Of a stretch of DNA of 64,000 nucleotides, positions 60,041 through 64,000 are shown one piece after another. The stretch lies in IMG/VR virus record IMGVR_UViG_3300027747_002377, positions 1 to 64,000 of that record, one strand, 5' to 3'. The position numbers and the translations under genes were made by a program. Within the stretch, counting starts at the first letter, position 1. Each line of letters starts with the position of its first letter. The stretch comes from a virus. The notes under the pieces were generated by a model. The model worked only from the letters and a program-made list of their open reading frames with translations, did no database searches and had not been told where the DNA came from.

Positions 60041-60455
60041 AACCTTTTATTTTTTTACGTGAAACTCTATACTGATCTTACTACCAATAAATTGAGCCAG
60101 GTGCTGGATCCCTACAACCCCCAAGGGGCCGAGAACGATGATCAAAAAAAGCTCGGCGTAGGTAATGGGCCTTTTCATGAGGAGGAAGTTTTGCAGTACA
60201 TGGTCCAGTTTAACGAACTATTGGCCAGTATGTCTACAAAGGTTATGTACTCGTTAATGACTTGGCAGCAAAAGCAGGTAGCGAAGTCCTGGTGGGAGGC
60301 CTGTAATTACGGCGGTAAGCCTAAGCCAGGTGATTTAAAACACATGGAAGACAGACGCAAATATTATGAGTGGGTTTTACGGTTGGACCATATAAGACAG
60401 TGGGAATTTGCGCTAAAAAACGTTAAGATACCGGCAGAACCGTAAAATTTCTTTC

Positions 60456-61043
60456 ATGTTGTCGGACATCTGGCTTGAAGAGGAGATACCTGTAAGTCCG
60501 AACAAGGCTGCCGCTCCTATTGACCCTAATAAATACGTTAGTTATAGGTTCAACGGGCTTGATATACCTGAGGTAACCATAGAAAACCATGAAGAAAAGC
60601 TGGTACCGTCCCTGGCAAGACAGGTAGAAATGTTTTTACCGCCCTCAGGAAGCTTTGAGGAGGCTGATTTAAGGCGTTACCTAGAGCTTGTGCGTAGCTA
60701 TGAGACCTCTACAAACGACCTTGTACTTGGGCTTTCATTGGCAGATCAAATACGCATATGTTTTAGCGACATGGTGCCAGCAAAGATCTGTTCTAAGTTT
60801 CCTGACATCGATCTAGCCACAAAACGCAGGTATCGGTGCGTTGCTGAGTACCTTATACGCCAGGAGGAACTGATCAAGATGAGGGATACATCAGGAAAAC
60901 TGATAAAAGAAGTAGGCAACCTTGGGAAAATGGTAGTAATCTATCGTCCACTGCCAAAAATAAGGGAAACCTTAAGGCGTTCAGGTCTAGCTAACTTCAT
61001 TAAGCCTTCGCCAAGGGAGCAGGCAGAGCAAGCCGTACAATAA
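60456..61043 (+). CDS. Hypothetical protein
   Basis: 195-aa ORF. Confidence 0.6.
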   Translation: MLSDIWLEEEIPVSPNKAAAPIDPNKYVSYRFNGLDIPEVTIENHEEKLVPSLARQVEMFLPPSGSFEEADLRRYLELVRSYETSTNDLVLGLSLADQIRICFSDMVPAKICSKFPDIDLATKRRYRCVAEYLIRQEELIKMRDTSGKLIKEVGNLGKMVVIYRPLPKIRETLRRSGLANFIKPSPREQAEQAVQ

Positions 61044-61114
61044 TTTTCAAGGTATCCGAATCAATTTTTTCTTTTTTCTTGCTATCATCTTAAACAACCA
61101 CACTTAAACAGCAT

Positions 61115-61522
61115 ATGACTAACTACAAAGCAAAGAAACTATCAAAGCTACTGGGAACAGCTTCGACCCAGACGGAACGCTTGATGGCAGAGCTTGCCGT
61201 TGAAAGGGTTTGCGATGATATGTGTGATTTTTACGATAGGTTCTACTTCTTTGAGGGGCCAGGTGCAATGGTGTACGTGCCGATGGCCAAGGAAGAAAAA
61301 GATACTATGTTCTACATGACTGTTGCTGCGCTTATTGCAGCCAAAGCAGACTTTGAAAGTAAAGATATGGATGGACTTGCCGAAGTAATGCGTAAGGCGA
61401 TTGTTAAGGCGGAAGCCCTTGATCAAGAGAAGGAAGCTTTATTCATTATTCAGGATCCAGAGCACATGTCCCTGCTCCACTACAACCGTCAGAAGGGTGC
61501 GTCTGGGTTTGCTATGGCATGA
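61115..61522 (+). CDS. Hypothetical protein
   Basis: ORF overlapping the next gene by ATGA. Confidence 0.6.
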   Translation: MTNYKAKKLSKLLGTASTQTERLMAELAVERVCDDMCDFYDRFYFFEGPGAMVYVPMAKEEKDTMFYMTVAALIAAKADFESKDMDGLAEVMRKAIVKAEALDQEKEALFIIQDPEHMSLLHYNRQKGASGFAMA

Positions 61523-62139
61523 GTTACTACAAAAACCTACCTCGATACCTATTCCTCACCAGGATCTTAAGGATAGAGGAGGACTGGTTAACTCCTGTTG
61601 AGTATTTACCATATATTTATGCATTGCTTGGTGACATTGACCTTGATCCATGCACAACAGAGCATGCAAACAAAGAGTACCTACGCGCAAAGAAAATATA
61701 CACATTGAAAGAAGACGGGCTAAATACCCATGAACCTTGGCTTGGTAAGACTTATTTATTCCCTCCAACATATGGACGTTGTTCTTTCAGTAAAGAGCGT
61801 GGAACCTGGAGGTGGGGATTAAAGGGCGGCCATAGGGGTAAATCCCCTTCTGTTGTATGGTTTAATCGTTTAGAAAAAGAGTGGAAGCTTCGGAATGTAT
61901 CTGAGGCTTTACTTTTTTCTACGAGCCACGAAATATTAAGAAGCTGCCCTACGCTTTGGGATTACCCAGTTTGTATACCAAAAGATCGAGCCAGGTTGAT
62001 ACACGGAAGACTTATGTGTACACTTGGGGCACCGTTCACGTGGGGTTTCTTTGTTTATTTACCTGGGACAGACCTTGGGTTTAATCAAGTAGACAGGTTT
62101 AAAGAAATTTTTTCCCACATAGGAAAAGTTATCTGTTAA
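61519..62139 (+). CDS. Phage DNA N6-adenine methyltransferase (Dam-like)
   Basis: WLTP, IDLDPC, DGL..W.G..YLFPPTYG. Confidence 0.75.
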   Translation: MSYYKNLPRYLFLTRILRIEEDWLTPVEYLPYIYALLGDIDLDPCTTEHANKEYLRAKKIYTLKEDGLNTHEPWLGKTYLFPPTYGRCSFSKERGTWRWGLKGGHRGKSPSVVWFNRLEKEWKLRNVSEALLFSTSHEILRSCPTLWDYPVCIPKDRARLIHGRLMCTLGAPFTWGFFVYLPGTDLGFNQVDRFKEIFSHIGKVIC

Positions 62140-62383
62140 ACAGAGGGGCACGGAAGGCATTCTTAAAGCCGTAGGTACTGTCTCCAGGGCCAGATATAAC
62201 AAAACGATTATCTTCTCTGCGCTCAGGGGTTATATTTTGCTCATTTGCGTCCTTACTTTTTTCTATATACTCTTTTAAAAAACGCTTACCAGAAATATTA
62301 TCCGAGACATTTGAACCATTGGGCCCATCTGTTTCCTGGTACCTGTTATCAACGTCGTAGTCCTGACTTGTTTGTAATTTCAT
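62129..62383 (-). CDS. Hypothetical protein
   Basis: ORF. Confidence 0.5.
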   Translation of the reverse strand: MKLQTSQDYDVDNRYQETDGPNGSNVSDNISGKRFLKEYIEKSKDANEQNITPERREDNRFVISGPGDSTYGFKNAFRAPLFNR

Positions 62384-62413
62384 GCTAATATTTGGGCAGC
62401 TACCTGCACTGAC

Positions 62414-62770
62414 ATGATTACTTTCCAGTCTACCCCAGCTGAAGACACCATTTTTTTTGGCGCAAGCAAGTCAAACAATTACTTTTCTGACAACAATTTT
62501 TGGTTTGATCAGGACAGCTCATTTACTTGTGCGCCTGCTAGTACGTCAAGTGATCGGATCAATTCGCCTACACACTACAATAAAGACGAGGACATTGAGT
62601 GCATAGAAGCAATTAAGGCTGCACTAGGTACAGAGAAATTCCGTGGTTTTTGCCAAGGCAATGCAATCAAGTATCTGTGGCGTGCTGACCATAAGAACGA
62701 TACGGTTGAGGACCTAAAAAAATGCCGTTGGTATCTTGATCGTTTGATTGCATCGCACGAAAATATTTAA
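62414..62770 (+). CDS. DUF3310 protein (T7 gp1.7-like nucleotide kinase family)
   Basis: INSPTHY...IECIEAI...GFCQGNAIKYLWR...EDLKK.RWYL. Confidence 0.85.
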   Translation: MITFQSTPAEDTIFFGASKSNNYFSDNNFWFDQDSSFTCAPASTSSDRINSPTHYNKDEDIECIEAIKAALGTEKFRGFCQGNAIKYLWRADHKNDTVEDLKKCRWYLDRLIASHENI

Positions 62771-63513
62771 ATGGTTTTACTGGAACCGAGGCCACCTTGT
62801 TCTTGGTTCCAGTATCGCCAAAATCTACGTAAGGTTTCCTGGGAAGGATCAAACTCAAGGAGTTTACGCTCTAAGTATTCAATTGCCTTAACTTGATTTG
62901 GTGTACCAAGATAACTTTCTCCAATATTAAGCAAACATTGATTAAGTTGGCACTTGTGCTCAAAGAATAAAGGTACTTTCTTGTCTGCCGCCAGGAAAAG
63001 ATTAAGTTCTACGCGTCTACGGTTCATTAACTTTTCACCTGCGTTTAGATAACAAGGATTAATCAGGGGACTCCACTCCTTAATAATGGCCTTCTTACTG
63101 GCAAATGTATTTATTAACTCCAGCAAATAAGAATTTTTAAATGCGGCAAGTCCGACACTATGCGCATAACTTAGTACAGCTGCTTTCTTTTTATCGTTTA
63201 AATTAACAAATACATATTCTTGAACTTGTTTTGAAAACCCTTTGAGGTCTTCTACTAATTGTTTATTTACTTCTTCTGTGGTTGCCTTAGTAAAAAAATT
63301 AACCGCACGTTTATTTATGCGACAACTTTCGTATCCAATCTTATAGCAGTCATCTCCTTCATTCTTGTACGAACCAAAACGCCCAAAACCTAAGTAGATT
63401 CTGGGCGTTGCGTAACGTTGAATTACATTTATTCCGTCTTGATTTAAGAACGGCGGAAAAACTTCCTCAGGGGACGACGACGCTGCCGTTGTAGCTGACT
63501 TCCGAGTAACCAT
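62767..63513 (-). CDS. GH24 lysozyme-like protein, catalytic residues apparently degenerate
   Basis: IGY, LN....AAVLSYAHSVG..AF..S.LL..IN, L.NRRRVE..LF. Confidence 0.65.
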   Translation of the reverse strand: MVTRKSATTAASSSPEEVFPPFLNQDGINVIQRYATPRIYLGFGRFGSYKNEGDDCYKIGYESCRINKRAVNFFTKATTEEVNKQLVEDLKGFSKQVQEYVFVNLNDKKKAAVLSYAHSVGLAAFKNSYLLELINTFASKKAIIKEWSPLINPCYLNAGEKLMNRRRVELNLFLAADKKVPLFFEHKCQLNQCLLNIGESYLGTPNQVKAIEYLERKLLEFDPSQETLRRFWRYWNQEQGGLGSSKTI

Positions 63514-63856
63514 CTAGCTCCAGGAGAACAATGTAATCCTTGCTTGCATTGGTTACGTTAACAGCAACTACACCTTTGCCGCGACCATCTTTCACGATGT
63601 TAGCATAAACTTTGTAGCCAGATGGAGCACTAGACCCAGTATAAGCGTCTTCTTGGAAGATTTCCATCGTGTTAACACCGACGCTACGGTCAATGGTTAC
63701 GATCAGATTTCCTGTGCTAGCTGGGTTTACACGGAAGCCACGAATGTTTAGGCCAGGGGTTGAAGAGGCTGTGGTTGTTCCTTGGTAAACAACTTCACTG
63801 CCAGCATTGACAAAAAAAGTATCAAGCGTTCCTTTGATAGTACGAGTAACAGCCAT
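63467..63856 (-). CDS. Beta-rich putative structural protein
   Basis: 129-aa ORF. Confidence 0.5.
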   Translation of the reverse strand: MAVTRTIKGTLDTFFVNAGSEVVYQGTTTASSTPGLNIRGFRVNPASTGNLIVTIDRSVGVNTMEIFQEDAYTGSSAPSGYKVYANIVKDGRGKGVVAVNVTNASKDYIVLLELDGYSEVSYNGSVVVP

Positions 63857-63861
63857 GGCAA

Positions 63862-64000
63862 TTAAGAGAGTTGGCTCCCAGTAAGGTAGTTAAATTTAAT
63901 TTCGGCATCGATGCCGTGTTCTTTCATAATACTGAAGAACATTTGTTTATCCATCATTTTTTGATGGAGCATGTCCATAAATGCCTCTTCCAGTTCATCC
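63862..64000 (-). CDS. Partial NblA-like protein (C-terminal helix; N-terminus outside the window)
   Basis: Manual translation DELEEAFMDMLHQKMMDKQMFFSIMKEHGIDAEIKFNYLTGSQLS*. Confidence 0.5.
   Translation of the reverse strand, partial: DELEEAFMDMLHQKMMDKQMFFSIMKEHGIDAEIKFNYLTGSQLS

Noticed and set aside
36784-62770. thyX, dCMP deaminase, DUF3310 and speD as a novel DNA-modification pathway
   Set aside because: The genes are dispersed, each is a common cyanophage auxiliary gene, and no base-modifying transferase is recognisable.

Overview
A 64-kb segment of a tailed dsDNA phage, most likely a cyanophage of picocyanobacteria (two NblA-like genes, a cyanobacterial DUF5895-like gene, speD, thyX). 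Bases 1-23 kb form a minus-strand virion/packaging module: intein-split terminase large subunit, portal, scaffold, major capsid protein, two muralytic enzymes and many Gly/Ala/Gln-rich internal or ejection-type proteins. No tape-measure or sheath gene is recognisable. After a ~650-bp divergent non-coding region, 23.6-38 kb is a plus-strand array of small early genes separated by recurring stem-loops. 38-62 kb is replication and nucleotide metabolism: family A DNA polymerase with a LAGLIDADG intein, dCMP deaminase, SSB-like proteins, PD-(D/E)XK nuclease, prim-pol/SF3 helicase and an adenine MTase, with minus-strand virion-like genes interspersed. The most unusual items are: (1) a terminase intein that is dual-coding over almost its whole length, with a zinc-finger HNH endonuclease in a second frame; (2) an early-gene leader system, with a TCCTTTGCA box exactly 17 nt before the ATG and covarying repeated hairpins and T-loop junctions; (3) a ~245-nt structured RNA candidate after thyX; (4) shared peptide motifs (R[MF]AG[DEQ], an amphipathic helix, an identical C-terminal tag) in internal virion proteins; (5) a 548-bp portal/scaffold overprint; (6) a ~290-bp nested palindrome. 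All calls come from reading the sequence by eye; no database searches were run.
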